NCBI GenBank assembly: GCA_018716225.1 | Contig: DVKE01000048.1 | Location: 166 to 64,165, forward strand | Length of the DNA stretch: 64,000 bases | Reading direction: 5' to 3' | DNA from: Candidatus Onthousia faecigallinarum | GTDB taxonomy: Bacteria; Bacillota_I; Bacilli_A; RF39; UBA660 | Shown: one piece after another, positions 51,352 through 62,691 of the stretch | Layout of the letters: each line of letters begins with the position of its first letter | Numbering within the stretch: position 1 is the stretch's first letter | The notes under the pieces: generated by a model | Told to the model about the DNA's origin: nothing | The model's database searches: none | The model's input: only the letters and a program-made list of their open reading frames with translations | Translations under genes and position numbers: made by a program

Positions 51352-52279
51352 GATTCTTTTCCATTCCCTTCTTTATAATAATTGATTGAACAATCGCAAA
51401 TATATTTTGAACAACCCAATAAATACCAAGCGCACTAGGCATAAACAAAGCTGTAATAATAATAATAACACTCATAAAAACTGGCATCATTTTAGAAGAT
51501 GCACCAGCAGACTGCATAGACTCATTAACTTTAAATGTAAATACTGTTGAAGCTCCAATTAAGACCATTAATAAAATATACATAAAAATTGTCTTGGTTC
51601 CAAAACCTACTATAGGAGAAGTTCCAAGTTGTAATCCTAAAAAGTTTTCTTCAAAAATCGCTGGAATTCGGTTGATTGCTTCCAAGAAAGCAAAGAAAAG
51701 TGGTAATTGAATAAAGGATACAAGACAACTCGTAAAAGGATTGAAATGATACTTTTGATAGACCATCATCATCTCTTGGTTCTGCTTCAACATACTTTCT
51801 TGATCCGTCTTATTAGCATATTTTTTTTGAATCCTTTGTAGTTCCGGCTGCGCTTTTTTCATCAACTCAGATTGTACAGACATCTTTTTCGTAAGTGGAA
51901 AAATAAGAAACCGAATAAGAATCGTTATAATAATGATACTAACAGCATAACTACCAATATGTTTTCCTATCCATAAAATAACAAAAGCAAGAGGCTTTAC
52001 AAAAATACTGGTCCAAAGACCTTCATAACCACCAGAAGTAATGGAAAATTCTGTACATTTTGGTAAATCCTCAATCTTAACCCCATTTTCTTCATAAAGT
52101 TTTACAGTCTTTTCATTTGTTGGCTGGCATAAAATATTTTCTGTTAAAGACTGTCCTGTTTCCGGATTCTGTACTGCATTATTATCTTTATCCGTTAACG
52201 TTGTCTGACATCCTGTTAATAATAATACTAAGACACACAGAATAGCAATTTTTAATTTATGCGATTTTTTCTTTTTCAT
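51338..52279 (-). CDS. yidC: Membrane protein insertase YidC/SpoIIIJ (lipoprotein)
   Basis: It has the lipobox LLTGC and a 60-kDa insertase core. Confidence 0.9.
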   Translation of the reverse strand: MKKKKSHKLKIAILCVLVLLLTGCQTTLTDKDNNAVQNPETGQSLTENILCQPTNEKTVKLYEENGVKIEDLPKCTEFSITSGGYEGLWTSIFVKPLAFVILWIGKHIGSYAVSIIIITILIRFLIFPLTKKMSVQSELMKKAQPELQRIQKKYANKTDQESMLKQNQEMMMVYQKYHFNPFTSCLVSFIQLPLFFAFLEAINRIPAIFEENFLGLQLGTSPIVGFGTKTIFMYILLMVLIGASTVFTFKVNESMQSAGASSKMMPVFMSVIIIITALFMPSALGIYWVVQNIFAIVQSIIIKKGMEKNRGKA

Positions 52280-52620
52280 TTTCTTGCTCCTCTACTTATT
52301 TTTTCTAATAATATAAATAAACTTTCTCTCATCTGTTGATAAGAAATAGATAAACAACTTCCTCTTACCATTATAATACAATCATAACAAAAAAAATAGT
52401 CCTTTTGAAAATCTCTTAAAATGGCTCGTACCTGCCGTTTCAAACGATTTCGAACAACAGCATTACCTACTTTTTTACCTACAGATATACCAAATCGGCC
52501 ATAAGAATAAGAGTTTTTAGAATAAAAAATGACAAAAAAAGGACTTTTGTTAGAAGCTGCATGATGTATCATCTCTTGAAAAACAGTATTTTCTTTTATA
52601 ATATACTTTTTATTCACCAA
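52276..52620 (-). CDS. rnpA: Ribonuclease P protein component
   Basis: 114 aa with the RNR motif (VVRNRLKRQVR). Confidence 0.9.
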   Translation of the reverse strand: MVNKKYIIKENTVFQEMIHHAASNKSPFFVIFYSKNSYSYGRFGISVGKKVGNAVVRNRLKRQVRAILRDFQKDYFFCYDCIIMVRGSCLSISYQQMRESLFILLEKISRGARK

Positions 52621-52668
52621 ACTTACTCCTCTCTATTGAGCAAAAAACCACTGTAAAAACAGTGGAAT

Positions 52669-52797
52669 TTATTTTACTAATTCTTTACGACCTTTTTGTC
52701 GACGATTGGATAAAACATTGCTATTTGCATTTTTACGAGCGAAAAAACCATGCTTCTTTGCTCTTTTTCTTGTATTTGGTTGATATGTTCTCTTCAT
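52669..52797 (-). CDS. rpmH: 50S ribosomal protein L34
   Basis: The sequence is [42 protein letters not shown] (42 aa). It is absent from the ORF track because it is under 60 aa. Confidence 0.9.
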   Translation of the reverse strand: MKRTYQPNTRKRAKKHGFFARKNANSNVLSNRRQKGRKELVK

Positions 52798-52959
52798 TCT
52801 CTCCACCTCCAGACATGAAATCTACATTATTATAATAAGAAGAAAAAGAATTTGTCAAGGAAATTTTGATCATCCATTTAAGTTCTAACAGATAAACCAA
52901 AAAAAGACTAAGAATTTATGTTATTATGAATTTTTCTTCCCCCTAACTTAAAAAGCCCT

Positions 52960-53160
52960 TCCCCACAAGCTATTTTTTATTTTTCCACAAAATTCACAGG
53001 CTGTGGAAAACAAAAATAAACATGTGCATAACAAATCTGTGGAAAATGTGGAAAACTCTATTTTTCCTTAAAATAAAACACAATTATCTGTGGAGAAAAT
53101 TGTCGAAAAATTGTGGATAAAATTTTTTTCAATTTTTTCTATTCCTTTTTCCACAGTTTT
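52960..53160. promoter_or_regulatory. oriC: oriC part 1: DnaA-box cluster upstream of dnaA, with an adjacent TGTCGAA heptamer
   Basis: Seven boxes match TTATCCACA within 1 mismatch: 52981-52989, 53002-53010, 53038-53046, 53047-53055, 53089-53097, 53112-53120 (perfect) and 53147-53155. TGTCGAA lies at 53101-53107. Confidence 0.85.
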
Positions 53161-53206
53161 AGAGTATTATAATGATGATTTATTCTTGATGTGGGGAGAT
53201 GGTAGC

Positions 53207-54568
53207 TTGAATGTAGATATCTTATGGACAAACGTACTGAACAAAATAAAAGATGAACTATCTTCCCTAGCTTACACCACTTGGTTTAGTGATGTAAATC
53301 TTAAAGAGTTAAAAGATGGAACTGCGATTATTACAGTACCTATGTCCATCCATAAAAAACACTTAGCTGACAATTATACAGAACTAATAAAAAGTGCATT
53401 AAATGAAGTAACGGGAACAAATTTTGAATTAGAATTTCTTTTACCAGAAGAAATTACAGAAGCACCCAAAGAAAAAGAAGAGGATATAATAGAACCAGGA
53501 ATTCCTCAAGCTTTAAAGCAAAAATCAAATTTAAATAGCAATTATACTTTTGAAAATTTTATAGTAGGGAATAGTAATAAATTTGCGCAAGCAGCTGCAT
53601 TATCCGTAGCAGAAAATCCTGGTAAAATGTATAATCCTTTATTTATATATGGCAATAGTGGCTTAGGGAAAACTCATCTCATGCATGCAATTGGAAATTA
53701 TATTGTAGAAAATTCCAATCGCCGCGTTCTCTATGTAACAAGCGATCAATTTCGCGATGATTTTGTTGGAATCAATAAAAAAGATGAAAATGGAACAAAT
53801 TTTAACTATGTAGATTTCTTTAAAAACAAATATCGCAACATTGATGTATTAATTATTGATGATATTCAATTTTTAGGAGGAGCTACCCAAACGCAACAAG
53901 AATTTTTCCACACTTTTACCAATTTATATAATGATAGTAAACAAATTATTATCTCCTCAGACCGTTCGCCAAATGACTTAAAATTATTAGAAGAGCGTCT
54001 GAGAACAAGATTCTGCTGGGGCTTAACTGTAAACATTTATCCACCAGACTTTGAATTAAGAAAAGAAATATTACGAAAAAAAATTATTTCAGGAAATTTT
54101 GAAGCAGAAATTCCTGAAGATGTCATTGAATATATTGCTTCGAACATGGGAAGTGATGTAAGACAACTAGAAGGTTCTATCACAAGACTTATCGCATACT
54201 CAACAATTATGGGAGGAACAAAAATCGATTTAAACCTTGCAATTGAAGCCTTAAAAGACTTTATCAGCAAGGGAATGACTGAAAAAAACGACATTGCAAG
54301 AATCCAAAAAATCGTCGCGGAATACTTTCAAATATCAGCAGAAGATATTCGATCAAAAAAACGAAGTAGTAACATTGCATTTCCAAGACAAATAGCCATG
54401 TATCTGTGTAGAAAATTAACAAATGAATCCTTTCCTAAAATAGGAACAGAATTTGGTGGAAAAGATCATTCAACCGTAATGCATTCTGTAGAAAAAATTG
54501 AAAACGAAATAAAAATGAATAAAGATTTATATAACATTATTGAAAAATTAAAAAATGATATAAAGTGA
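53207..54568 (+). CDS. dnaA: Chromosomal replication initiator protein DnaA
   Basis: It has the AAA+ motif GNSGLGKTHL and a domain IV HTH. The preferred start is TTG 53207 (M-NVDILWTNVL, RBS GGAG). The in-frame ATG 53189 and the longer ORF from 53090 overlap DnaA boxes. Confidence 0.9.
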   Translation: MNVDILWTNVLNKIKDELSSLAYTTWFSDVNLKELKDGTAIITVPMSIHKKHLADNYTELIKSALNEVTGTNFELEFLLPEEITEAPKEKEEDIIEPGIPQALKQKSNLNSNYTFENFIVGNSNKFAQAAALSVAENPGKMYNPLFIYGNSGLGKTHLMHAIGNYIVENSNRRVLYVTSDQFRDDFVGINKKDENGTNFNYVDFFKNKYRNIDVLIIDDIQFLGGATQTQQEFFHTFTNLYNDSKQIIISSDRSPNDLKLLEERLRTRFCWGLTVNIYPPDFELRKEILRKKIISGNFEAEIPEDVIEYIASNMGSDVRQLEGSITRLIAYSTIMGGTKIDLNLAIEALKDFISKGMTEKNDIARIQKIVAEYFQISAEDIRSKKRSSNIAFPRQIAMYLCRKLTNESFPKIGTEFGGKDHSTVMHSVEKIENEIKMNKDLYNIIEKLKNDIK

Positions 54569-54571
54569 TAC

Positions 54572-54665
54572 CTGTGAATAACTTTTTCTTATAAACATAC
54601 TTTTCCACAAAGAAAAGTTAAAAAAAATGATATAATAAAAAAGAAATATGAGTTTTCCACAGTTT
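54572..54665. promoter_or_regulatory. oriC: oriC part 2: DnaA boxes plus AT-rich unwinding region between dnaA and dnaN
   Basis: tgtgaataa at 54572-54580, ttttccaca at 54601-54609 and 54654-54662, and an A/T-rich run at 54618-54650. Confidence 0.75.
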
Positions 54666-54710
54666 CCACTCTATAAATATAAATAATATTAAAGAAAGAA
54701 GGAATATAAT

Positions 54711-55838
54711 ATGAAATTTACAATTAAAAAAGAAATACTATTAGAAGCACTTAATAAAGTGTCAAAAGCAATATCCACAAAAAATGTGATACCTGTGTTA
54801 GCTGGAATAAAATTCAACTTAACCAAAAAGAAATTAACTCTAACTGCAAGTGATAATGATATTACCATTGAAACTTATATTGATTGCAATGATGAATCAC
54901 TTATTAATGTAAAACAAGAAGGATGTATCATTATCCAAGGAAAATATATTCTAGATATTGTAAGAAAACTACCAGATGATTATATTAATATTGAAGTAGT
55001 AGATGAATTAAAAATTTTAATTTACACAGAAAATAGTGAATTTAATTTAAATGGTATTAGCGAAAAAGAATATCCTACCATTGAATTAAATGAAAGTAAA
55101 AATTATATTGAATTATCCCCAGAAGTATTAAAAGAAATTGTCAATCAAACTGCTTTTGCTACAAGCATTGATGAAAATAAAGCAATTTTAAATGGAATTA
55201 ACTTTAATATTAGTGGTAATATTCTAGAATGTAATGCTACTGATTCTTATCGTTTGGCAAGAAAAATAGTGAAGCTAGAAAAAGCCGCAAGTGAAAATCA
55301 AAATATAGTAATACCTAGTAGAAATATTGTAGAATTCACAAGAATTATTGATGATTCCGATGAAAAAATAACAATTCATATCTTTAATAATAAAATTTTA
55401 TTTAAATATCAAAATCTATCTTTCCAATCAAGATTAATTAATGGAACCTACCCAAATACTTCTAATTTACTACCAAAAGAATCCTTAGTAAAAATTCACT
55501 TTAATATTAATGAATTTTATGATGTAGTAGATAGAGTTAGCATTCTAACTTCTGATAAAGATAAAAATGTAGTAACGTTAGAATCAAATGGAAATCAAGT
55601 ATTAATGAAATCATCAAGTGCTGAAATAGGTAGAGTAGAAGAAAAAATGAATGTAGAAAAAGATAATGATATGGATATTAAAATCTCCTTTAGTGCAAAA
55701 TATATGATGGAAGCTTTAAAATCTTTTTCTACAAAAACAGTGGAATTATATTTTGTAGGAGAAATCAAACCAATTTTATTAAAAAGTAATGAAGATGAAA
55801 GCTTAACTCAGTTAGTATTACCAATTAGAACTTATTAA
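54711..55838 (+). CDS. dnaN: DNA polymerase III beta sliding clamp
   Basis: 375 aa in three-domain clamp organisation. Confidence 0.9.
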   Translation: MKFTIKKEILLEALNKVSKAISTKNVIPVLAGIKFNLTKKKLTLTASDNDITIETYIDCNDESLINVKQEGCIIIQGKYILDIVRKLPDDYINIEVVDELKILIYTENSEFNLNGISEKEYPTIELNESKNYIELSPEVLKEIVNQTAFATSIDENKAILNGINFNISGNILECNATDSYRLARKIVKLEKAASENQNIVIPSRNIVEFTRIIDDSDEKITIHIFNNKILFKYQNLSFQSRLINGTYPNTSNLLPKESLVKIHFNINEFYDVVDRVSILTSDKDKNVVTLESNGNQVLMKSSSAEIGRVEEKMNVEKDNDMDIKISFSAKYMMEALKSFSTKTVELYFVGEIKPILLKSNEDESLTQLVLPIRTY

Positions 55839-55946
55839 AAAGTTCTATTTTTTTCCACAATAGCCAAAATTCGACAAAATCCGACAATAAAATATAGTAT
55901 ACTGAGAACCAAAAACAGTTACTATCACTGTAAGGGGAGAGGAAAA

Positions 55947-56417
55947 ATGGAAGAAAAAGCATATGAAATCAATGATGCTACATTAGCGATAATACCAGAA
56001 AAAAAGAAAGGATCTTTAATTTTAGAGGAAGAGTTTCAATATGAGAATTCAAAAAATCCACTAGAATTAATCAACTATAGTTGTAAATACTTTGGTAGTA
56101 CTTACGAAGGAAGGAGAGATGGAGCAAAAGAAATTCTGTTAAGTAAATACAAATTACCTATTATGATTGAAGACAGTAGAAATTTAATTTTTTTACCAAC
56201 AGAATCGCCAGAAAGCAATGATTGTGCCTGGCTTGCTCTCAATAAAATTAAGAATGTAGAGAAAATTGATAATGAGAAAGACAAAACCATAGTAGAATTT
56301 CATAATGGCCAAAGATTAGTATTAAATATCTCGTACAATTCTATGCAAAATCAAATATTACGGGCAAGTAGATTAGATTCTATTTTAAGAAATAGAAAAA
56401 ATCGAGAAAAGTTATAA
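55947..56417 (+). CDS. comK: ComK-family competence transcription factor
   Basis: It aligns with B. subtilis ComK: YEINDATLAIIPE / YEVNGATIAVLPE; SCKYFGSTYEGRRDGAKE / SCRFFGSSYAGRKAGTYE; LPIMIEDSRNLIFLPTESPESNDCAWLAL / PPIMVDPSNQIFLFPTLSSTRPQCGWISH; ISYNSMQNQILRASRL / ISYNSFENQVYRTAWL. Confidence 0.8.
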   Translation: MEEKAYEINDATLAIIPEKKKGSLILEEEFQYENSKNPLELINYSCKYFGSTYEGRRDGAKEILLSKYKLPIMIEDSRNLIFLPTESPESNDCAWLALNKIKNVEKIDNEKDKTIVEFHNGQRLVLNISYNSMQNQILRASRLDSILRNRKNREKL

Positions 56418-56639
56418 AAAGCTGAGATGAAAAAGTAAAGGCAAGTTTGAAAAGTTAAATGCAACCTTTAACAAAATAGGGAGGGCAGTTAGAAAAACTT
56501 TTCAGAAAAATTATAAAAAAAGCGAAGAAATTCGTTTTTTTCGTGATTAAATATCGTATCTATGATATAATAAGTTTGCGTGTATAGGAGTACTAAAACA
56601 GGGTTAAGGTGATAATATGGAAGTTTTTTTAAGGAAAAA

Positions 56640-57782
56640 ATGATAATATCAAAATTAAATCTAACAAATTTTAGAAATTACTCGAAATTAAATATAGGAT
56701 TAAGTCCGCATATGAATATTTTTATAGGGAACAATGCAGCTGGTAAAACAAATATTTTAGAAGCTATTTCCATATTAGCTTTGACGAAATCATATCGAAA
56801 TGGTCAAGAATCCAATTTAATTCAAGATCAAAAGAAGAAAGCTAAAATAAAAGGAACTATCAAGGATCATCATCAATATAAAGAACTAGCAATTGAAATT
56901 GCCGAAAATGAAAAACAAGTCAAGGTAAATGGAAAAATTATTCATCGAATTGCTGATTATATAAAAAATTTTCATGTGATTGTATTTACTCCTGATGATT
57001 TAGAAATCATAAAAGGATCTCCCAGTGTTCGCCGTAATCTATTAAATATGGAATTAAGCCAAATATCTCAAAAATATTTAGTAACTTCAAACGAATATAA
57101 TAAAATTTTAAAAACGCGCAATGAATATCTTAAAATTCTATTTTCAAATCATATTGCCGATAAGACATATCTTGATATTTTAACAGATCAACTAATCGAG
57201 AAAGCAATTTATATTTATCAAGAAAGGGAAAAATATTTGGATAAAATAGAAAGAAATCTTAATTCTATTTTTTTAAACATTACAAAAGAAGGAGCTTTAC
57301 AACTAAAATATGTTCCAAATATTGAAATAGAATCTTTTGAAACAGAAAAATTAAGAGAGCAATTAAAGAAGAGTTTTAAAAAGAATTATCAACGAGAGCT
57401 TCATGTAGGAATGACTTTAATAGGACCTCATAGAGATGATTTTCTCTTTTTTCTTCAAAAGAAAGATATGAAAATTTATGCTTCTCAAGGTCAACAAAAA
57501 AGTGCTATTTTAGCTTATAAACTTGCGACGATTCCTATTTTTAAAGAATATAGCAATACTTCTCCAGTTTTGCTATTAGATGATATTTTTAGTGAACTAG
57601 ATTTGAAAAAAAGAAATAGAGTTTTAAAATATATAGGAAAAGATATTCAAAGTATTATTACTACGACAGATTTAAAAAACATTTCAAAAAAAGTACTTTT
57701 GGAAGCAACGATATTTTCCGTTAAAAATGGAAATGTAGAAAGGAATGAAACTAATGGAAGAAAAAGTAGAAACAAAATATGA
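56640..57782 (+). CDS. recF: DNA replication and repair protein RecF
   Basis: It has Walker [10 protein letters not shown] and an SMC-like signature. Confidence 0.9.
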   Translation: MIISKLNLTNFRNYSKLNIGLSPHMNIFIGNNAAGKTNILEAISILALTKSYRNGQESNLIQDQKKKAKIKGTIKDHHQYKELAIEIAENEKQVKVNGKIIHRIADYIKNFHVIVFTPDDLEIIKGSPSVRRNLLNMELSQISQKYLVTSNEYNKILKTRNEYLKILFSNHIADKTYLDILTDQLIEKAIYIYQEREKYLDKIERNLNSIFLNITKEGALQLKYVPNIEIESFETEKLREQLKKSFKKNYQRELHVGMTLIGPHRDDFLFFLQKKDMKIYASQGQQKSAILAYKLATIPIFKEYSNTSPVLLLDDIFSELDLKKRNRVLKYIGKDIQSIITTTDLKNISKKVLLEATIFSVKNGNVERNETNGRKSRNKI

Positions 57783-59679
57783 TTCATCCGCAATACAAGT
57801 ATTAGAAGGATTAGAAGCAGTAAGAAAAAGACCAGGAATGTATATTGGTACTACTAGTTCTAGAGGTTTACATCATTTAGTATGGGAAATTGTGGATAAT
57901 GCGATTGATGAAGCCCTAGCTGGATATTGTACTCATATAGAAGTAACTATTGGAAAAGATAATAGTATTACGGTAAAAGATGATGGAAGAGGAATTCCAG
58001 TTGATATTCACCCTAAAACAGGGAAAAGTACCGTAGAAACGGTTTATACGGTCTTACATGCGGGAGGAAAATTTGGTGGAGGAGGCTATAAAGTCTCTGG
58101 AGGGCTTCATGGTGTAGGAGCAAGTGTAGTAAATGCTTTGTCAACTTGGCTAGAAGTAAAAGTCTATAAAGATGGGAAAGTATATTATCAAAAATATGTT
58201 AATGGAGGACATCCTGTAGAGCCCTTAAAGGTAATAGGGGAATGTGATGAAGATCGAACAGGAACTACAGTTACTTTTTTACCAGACAAATCAATTTTCC
58301 AAGAAACGACAGTATTTGATTATGATACCTTAAAAAATAGATTAAGAGAACTTGCCTTTTTAAATAGAGGCTTAAGAATTACTCTTTATGACGATAGAGA
58401 GGCAGGCAAAAAAGATAGTTTTTGCTATGAAGGTGGCTTAAGAGAGTATGTAGCTATGTTGAATAAGTCAAAACAACCCATTCATCCGACCATCATTGAT
58501 GTAGTGGGGGAAGAGAATGATGTTTCAGTTGAAGTAGCACTCCAATATAATGAAAGTTATAATCCAAGCATTTATTCTTTTGTAAATAATATCAATACTC
58601 CAGAAGGCGGAACGCATGAAGATGGAGTTCGAATGGCATTAACTAGGATTTTAAACAAATATGCTCAAAATAGTGGTATGTTAAAAAGTAATGATGAACC
58701 TCTTACTGGAGATGATGTAAGAGAAGGATTAACGATGATTATTTCCGTAAAACACCCAAACCCACAATTTGAAGGGCAGACAAAAACAAAACTAGGAAAT
58801 AGTGAGGTAAGAGGAATTGCCAATCGTATCTTTTCTAGTGCTTTTGAAAGATTTTTAATGGAACATCCAGATGAAGCGAAAGTAATTGTGGAAAAAGCAA
58901 TGACTGCAAGTAGAGCAAGAGTAGCAGCTAAAAAGGCAAGAGAATTAACCCGTAGGAAAGGAGATTTAGATATTACCAATTTCTATGGAAAACTATCAGA
59001 TTGCAAAAGTAAAGATGCTAGTGAATGTGAAATATTCTTAGTCGAAGGAGATTCTGCTGGCGGTTCTGCTCTTAAAGGAAGAAATAGTATGACACAAGCC
59101 ATCCTTCCTTTAAGAGGAAAAATATTAAATGTAGAAAAAGCAAGATTAGATAGAGCTCTTTCGAACGAAGAAATAAGAACAATTATTACTGCTTTTGGAA
59201 CCGGAATAGGGGAAGAATTTGATTTATCAAAATTACGTTATAACAAAATTATAATTATGACCGATGCTGATGTAGATGGCTCGCATATTAGAGTTTTATT
59301 ATTAACTCTTTTCTATCGTTTCTTTAAGCCAATTGTGGAAGCAGGACATGTCTATGCTGCTCAACCACCACTTTTTGTTATAAAGCATGGAAAAACTATT
59401 AAGTATGTTTTAAATGAACAAGAACGTGATGAATATTTAAAAACATTATCTCCAAATACCAAATATGAGATATCTCGTATGAAAGGGTTAGGAGAGATGG
59501 ATGCTGAAGAGTTAAACGAAACAACTATGGATATTAATCGCCGTGTCTTAAGACAAATTACAGTCGATGATGCCGTCGCAGCAGATGAAGTATTCTCTAA
59601 ATTGATGGGAGAAGAGGTTGAACCTCGTCGTGAATTTATCGAACAAAATGCTACTTTTGTTGAGAACTTGGATGTATAG
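57754..59679 (+). CDS. gyrB: DNA gyrase subunit B
   Basis: It has GHKL ATPase, Toprim and EGDSAGG motifs. The start is chosen at the second ATG ([10 protein letters not shown]). Confidence 0.95.
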   Translation: MEEKVETKYDSSAIQVLEGLEAVRKRPGMYIGTTSSRGLHHLVWEIVDNAIDEALAGYCTHIEVTIGKDNSITVKDDGRGIPVDIHPKTGKSTVETVYTVLHAGGKFGGGGYKVSGGLHGVGASVVNALSTWLEVKVYKDGKVYYQKYVNGGHPVEPLKVIGECDEDRTGTTVTFLPDKSIFQETTVFDYDTLKNRLRELAFLNRGLRITLYDDREAGKKDSFCYEGGLREYVAMLNKSKQPIHPTIIDVVGEENDVSVEVALQYNESYNPSIYSFVNNINTPEGGTHEDGVRMALTRILNKYAQNSGMLKSNDEPLTGDDVREGLTMIISVKHPNPQFEGQTKTKLGNSEVRGIANRIFSSAFERFLMEHPDEAKVIVEKAMTASRARVAAKKARELTRRKGDLDITNFYGKLSDCKSKDASECEIFLVEGDSAGGSALKGRNSMTQAILPLRGKILNVEKARLDRALSNEEIRTIITAFGTGIGEEFDLSKLRYNKIIIMTDADVDGSHIRVLLLTLFYRFFKPIVEAGHVYAAQPPLFVIKHGKTIKYVLNEQERDEYLKTLSPNTKYEISRMKGLGEMDAEELNETTMDINRRVLRQITVDDAVAADEVFSKLMGEEVEPRREFIEQNATFVENLDV

Positions 59680-59690
59680 GAGGGGGATTT

Positions 59691-62144
59691 ATGGACCGTT
59701 TAGAAACTAATAATATTGTAAAAGAAGTACAGGATTCTTTTTTGGAATATTCAATGAGTGTTATAGTAGCAAGAGCATTACCAGATTTAAGAGATGGGTT
59801 AAAACCAGTTCATAGAAGAATTCTTTACTCTATGTATGAATCAGGATATACACCAGATAAACCACATAAAAAAAGTGCTAGAATTGTGGGAGATGTTATG
59901 GGTAAATATCATCCTCATGGAGATTCTAGTATTTATGAAGCAATGGTACGTATGGCTCAAGACTTTTCATATCGTTATATGCTAGTTGATGGCCATGGAA
60001 ACTTTGGTAATATTGAAGGATATGGTGCCGCTGCAATGCGTTATACTGAGTCTCGCCTTTCTAAAATTTCTTTGGAGTTATTAAAAAATATTAACAAAAA
60101 TACCGTTAATTTTGTACCAAACTTTGATGAAACAGAAAAAGAACCAGAAGTTCTACCATCTCGTTTTCCGAATATCTTAGTAAATGGTACGACAGGAATT
60201 GCCGTAGGTATGGCTACCAACATTCCACCACATAATTTAGGCGAAGTCATTGATGGTTGTGTAGCTTATATTGATAATCCAGATATTGATTTAGATGGTC
60301 TAATGCAATATATTAAGGGACCTGATTTTCCAACAGGAGCAACGATTCTTGGAAATAGTGGCATAAGAAAAGCTTATGAAACTGGAAGAGGAACCATTAC
60401 AATTCGGAGTAAAGCTCAAATAGAGGAAAAAAATGGAAAACAATATATCATTATTGATGAAGTTCCTTATGGAGTAAATACTTTAGAGTTAAAAAATAAA
60501 GTAGCAGAACTTGTTCATAATAAGACAATAGAAGGGATTTCAGACTACCATTCAGATTTAAAAGATGGAATTAAGATTACAATTACTTTAAAGAAGGATG
60601 CAAACGCTCAAGTAATATTAAATCAATTGTATAAACACACTGCTTTTCAAACAACTTATGGAATTATATTCTTAATGCTTGATCAAGGAGTACCAAAAAC
60701 TTTAGGATTAAAAGATATTATTTCAAAATATATTGATTATCAAAAAGAGATTATTATTAGAAGAACAAAATTTGATTTAGATAATGCTGAAAAAAGAGTA
60801 CATATTTTAGAAGGATTAAAAATAGCTTTAGATCATATTGAAGAAGTAATTAAATTAATTAGAGGCTCTAAGTCAGATGAAGAAGCAAGAAAAGGGTTAA
60901 TGAATCATTTTGGATTAAGCGAGATTCAAGCAAATTCTATTTTGGAAATGAGATTGCGTCGTTTAACGGGCTTAGAACGAGAAAAAATAGAAAATGAACT
61001 AAATGAGTTACTAAAATTAATCGAAGAATTAAAAGCCATTTTAGCTAGTGAAAAACGAATATTAGAAGTTATTAAGACCGAACTACTAGAAATTAAAACT
61101 AAATTTGCAGATGAGCGTCGCACGAATATAGATATGACAGCTATCGAATATATTGAAGATGAATCTTTGATTCCAGTGGAAGATATTATTGTAACCTTAA
61201 CAAATAAAGGATATATTAAAAGAGTGCGTTCAGATACTTATCGAGCCCAAAATAGGGGAGGAGTTGGAATTAAAGGAATGACTACCAATGAAGAAGACTT
61301 TGTAGAACAAGTTATTTCTATGAAAACACATGATTATATCTTATTCTTCTCTAACAGAGGTAAAGTATATCGTTTAAAAGGATACGAAATACCAGAATAT
61401 GGAAGGCAATCTAAAGGTTTACCAGTAGTTAATTTATTATCCTTAGAAAAGAATGAGAACATTAGTTCGATGATAGAGTTAAAAAGCAATGATGAAAGTT
61501 GTAAATATTTGTTGTTTGCTACTCAAAAAGGATTAGTAAAGAGAACTGAAATAACTGAGTTTGATAATATTCGTAAAAGTGGAAAAATTGCTATTATTTT
61601 AAAAGAAAATGATCAATTAATTGCTGTTAGAAAAACCACAGGAAATGATGAAGTGGTAATTGGTGCCGACAATGGAAGAATGGTAAGATTTAATGAAAAT
61701 GAAATTCGCTCTATGGGAAGAGGAACTTCCGGAGTGAAAGGAATCGATCTAGAAGATAGTAAAGTTATCGGTTGTGAAGTTATCAATCCAGGACAACAAA
61801 TATTAATTGTAACAGAAAATGGATATGGTAAAAAAACTTATATTGATGAATATCGGTTAACACATAGAGGAAGCAAAGGAGTAAAAGCATTAAATATTAC
61901 CGAGAAAAACGGAAATATGGTTGCTTTGAAGTACATTAATCCAGAATATATAGAAAAATTAGATATTATGATCATCACAAACAATGGAATTATTATGAGA
62001 ATGCCATTAGATCAAATTTCTACCTTAAAAAGAGCTACACAAGGAACTCGTTTAATACATTTAAAAGATGAGCAAAAAGTTGCTACTGTGGCAATTGTAG
62101 AAAAAGAAGAGTCCGAAGAAGGAAATATATCAGCGGAAGTGTAG
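59691..62144 (+). CDS. gyrA: DNA gyrase subunit A
   Basis: It has the active-site Tyr region ([11 protein letters not shown]) and a C-terminal beta-pinwheel. Confidence 0.95.
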   Translation: MDRLETNNIVKEVQDSFLEYSMSVIVARALPDLRDGLKPVHRRILYSMYESGYTPDKPHKKSARIVGDVMGKYHPHGDSSIYEAMVRMAQDFSYRYMLVDGHGNFGNIEGYGAAAMRYTESRLSKISLELLKNINKNTVNFVPNFDETEKEPEVLPSRFPNILVNGTTGIAVGMATNIPPHNLGEVIDGCVAYIDNPDIDLDGLMQYIKGPDFPTGATILGNSGIRKAYETGRGTITIRSKAQIEEKNGKQYIIIDEVPYGVNTLELKNKVAELVHNKTIEGISDYHSDLKDGIKITITLKKDANAQVILNQLYKHTAFQTTYGIIFLMLDQGVPKTLGLKDIISKYIDYQKEIIIRRTKFDLDNAEKRVHILEGLKIALDHIEEVIKLIRGSKSDEEARKGLMNHFGLSEIQANSILEMRLRRLTGLEREKIENELNELLKLIEELKAILASEKRILEVIKTELLEIKTKFADERRTNIDMTAIEYIEDESLIPVEDIIVTLTNKGYIKRVRSDTYRAQNRGGVGIKGMTTNEEDFVEQVISMKTHDYILFFSNRGKVYRLKGYEIPEYGRQSKGLPVVNLLSLEKNENISSMIELKSNDESCKYLLFATQKGLVKRTEITEFDNIRKSGKIAIILKENDQLIAVRKTTGNDEVVIGADNGRMVRFNENEIRSMGRGTSGVKGIDLEDSKVIGCEVINPGQQILIVTENGYGKKTYIDEYRLTHRGSKGVKALNITEKNGNMVALKYINPEYIEKLDIMIITNNGIIMRMPLDQISTLKRATQGTRLIHLKDEQKVATVAIVEKEESEEGNISAEV

Positions 62145-62157
62145 AGAATGAATTAAT

Positions 62158-62195
62158 TCAAAACAATGTTTCACGTGAAACATTGTTTTTTTTTG
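62158..62195 (+). terminator. gyrA rho-independent terminator (14-bp perfect palindrome plus T9)
   Basis: The sequence is AAACAATGTTTCAC GTGAAACATTGTTT ttttttttt. Confidence 0.7.
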
Positions 62196-62203
62196 ATAGT
62201 CTG

Positions 62204-62610
62204 TTCAATGTTTCACGTGAAACATAGCATAATTTCCTTATTTTATAAGGAATTGATAAAAACAGGATAACTAGTTCTATGAATAAAAGAGAGAAAGGTG
62301 GGAATAGAGAAAAACAATTTTTTTCAAAATAAAGGTATAGAATTATTTCCTAGAAAATAATCCAAACACAGGAAGAGATCAATGTTTCACGTGAAACATA
62401 GCATAATTTCCTTATTTTATAAGGAATTGATAAAATAAAAATATCTAGTTTTAAGAATAAAAGAAAGGAAAAAATTAAAAAGATAATCTCGCTTTATTAA
62501 AATAAAGGTATAGAATTATTTCCCGGGAAATAAATTAAGCACAGAAAAAGATCAATGTTTCACGTGAAACATAGCATAATTTCCTTATTTTATAAGGAAA
62601 ACGTGAAATC
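62204..62610. repeat. Tandem 174-bp repeat (2 full plus 1 partial unit), each unit carrying perfect palindromes ATGTTTCACGTGAAACAT and TTCCTTAT-TTT-ATAAGGAA (plus TTATTTCCCGGGAAATAA in unit 2)
   Basis: Units start at 62204, 62378 and 62552 (period exactly 174). The conserved 60-bp core is tcaatgtttcacgtgaaacatagcataatttccttattttataaggaattgataaaa. Confidence 0.8.
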
Positions 62611-62658
62611 AGAAACTTGGAAATTTTAACTAGCTGTTTTTTGACTCGATAAAAACAC

Positions 62659-62687
62659 TTGAAAAAATATAAAAAAAAAGGTAATAT
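62659..62687 (+). promoter_or_regulatory. Sigma-A-type promoter of the SRP RNA gene (TTGAAA-17-TAATAT)
   Basis: -35 TTGAAA at 62659-62664, a 17-nt spacer, and -10 TAATAT at 62682-62687. Confidence 0.5.
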
Positions 62688-62691
62688 AAAT

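Noticed and set aside
56618-56644. 8-codon mini-[11 protein letters not shown] overlapping the recF start
   Set aside because: It is too short to call a gene. It may be a leader peptide or a remnant of the displaced yaaA-like gene, so it is noted only within the comK finding.
62204-62610. CRISPR array hypothesis for the 174-bp repeats
   Set aside because: The repeat unit is 174 bp with a 60-bp conserved core, only 3 copies, and no cas genes nearby. The periodicity and structure do not fit CRISPR (repeats of 25-40 bp with 30-40 bp spacers).
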